A stretch of 15,891 nucleotides of DNA from Chlamydiota bacterium (GTDB lineage Bacteria; Chlamydiota; Chlamydiia; Chlamydiales; SM23-39), in NCBI GenBank assembly GCA_038534095.1, contig JBCAXK010000036.1:1-15891 (forward strand), given 5' to 3'. Shown here piece after piece: positions 15,278 through 15,891 of this stretch; the stretch's first letter is position 1, and each line of letters opens with the position of its first letter. The notes under the pieces were generated by a model that was not told the origin of the DNA, ran no database searches, and worked only from the letters and a program-made list of their open reading frames with translations. A program made the translations under genes and the position numbers.

Positions 15278-15881
15278 TGTAAAGAAAAAGCCGATTCTTG
15301 TAGGTCTGGGCAATCCCGGAAAGCAGTATGCCTTAACAAGGCACAATATCGGTTTTTATATTCTTGACCGATTTGCTGAGCGTAAAGGGATCGTATTCAA
15401 GAAAGGCAAACGTGCTCTTTCAGCGAGCGTTGAGGGAATGATCCTTTTGAAGCCCCAAACGTACATGAACCTTTCGGGGAAAGCGGTTAAAGAATGCGTC
15501 AGTTTTTATAAGGCTCCTTTAGAGTCGCTCCTTGTCATCGTCGACGATGCGCACCTCCCTTTTGGAGAAATACGCATGCGGGAACAGGGATCTTCTGGAG
15601 GGCATAATGGATTAAAACACATTGAAGAGTGTTTACAAACAAAGCACTATTCCCGTTTACGGGTTGGTGTGGGATCTCCCAAGGATTCCGATATGGCAGA
15701 TTACGTGCTTGCAAACTTTACCGAGGATGAACAAAAACGTCTTCCCGAAGTAGCAGATCGTGGAATCTACGCCATAGAACTTTGGCGCGATCATGGAATG
15801 ACTCATGCTATGAACGTTGTCAATGTTCATCCAAAACAGAAGGAGAAAATGGATGAAAAAAATGAAAAAAAATCTTTATGA
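15246..15881 (+). CDS. pth: Peptidyl-tRNA hydrolase (start codon uncertain)
   Basis: VGLGNPGKQYALTRHNIGF, KPQTYMNLSG, GSSGGHNGLK, RLRVGVG, YVL. The only in-frame starts upstream of the conserved N-terminus are GTG 15246 and TTG 15264, both inside rplY. Confidence 0.95.
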   Translation: MKWPFRLQNVDVKKKPILVGLGNPGKQYALTRHNIGFYILDRFAERKGIVFKKGKRALSASVEGMILLKPQTYMNLSGKAVKECVSFYKAPLESLLVIVDDAHLPFGEIRMREQGSSGGHNGLKHIEECLQTKHYSRLRVGVGSPKDSDMADYVLANFTEDEQKRLPEVADRGIYAIELWRDHGMTHAMNVVNVHPKQKEKMDEKNEKKSL

Positions 15882-15891
15882 AGGGATGTAT
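15853..15891 (+). CDS. rpsF: 30S ribosomal protein S6, N-terminus (partial)
   Basis: AAGGAG at 15840-15845, then ATG 15853 (or 15862) giving MKKMKKNLYEGMY. LYEG matches chlamydial S6 N-termini as recalled, and the position after pth fits chlamydial synteny. Absent from the ORF track. Confidence 0.8.
   Translation, partial: MKKMKKNLYEGMY

Overview
Bacterial chromosomal segment, most likely from an environmental member of the Chlamydiae. This is inferred from gene order: mutS, dnaG, glycyl-tRNA synthetase, pgsA, glgA, rplY/ctc, pth and rpsF follow the Chlamydia trachomatis CT792-CT801 block as I recall it, with extra genes interleaved. Those are tRNA-Gln, prs, rlmN, a DoxX protein, a DCC/DUF393 protein, a GT-like hypothetical and a eukaryotic-like Ser/Thr kinase. 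The left edge holds the left end and transposase start of an IS481-family element that the ORF track missed. Main observations: (1) an exact 24-bp inverted copy of that IS end forms the 3' end of the kinase gene and encodes residues 551-558; (2) the GlyRS here is the homodimeric alpha2 type, not the fused alpha-beta type known from Chlamydia, suggesting in-place gene displacement; (3) the kinase is atypical (HTD/DFE) and may be a host-directed effector; (4) a TGATG-TAA start-stop element sits where pth should start; (5) a structured intergenic element lies between pgsA and glgA. No CRISPR array or clearly new multi-gene system is supported.
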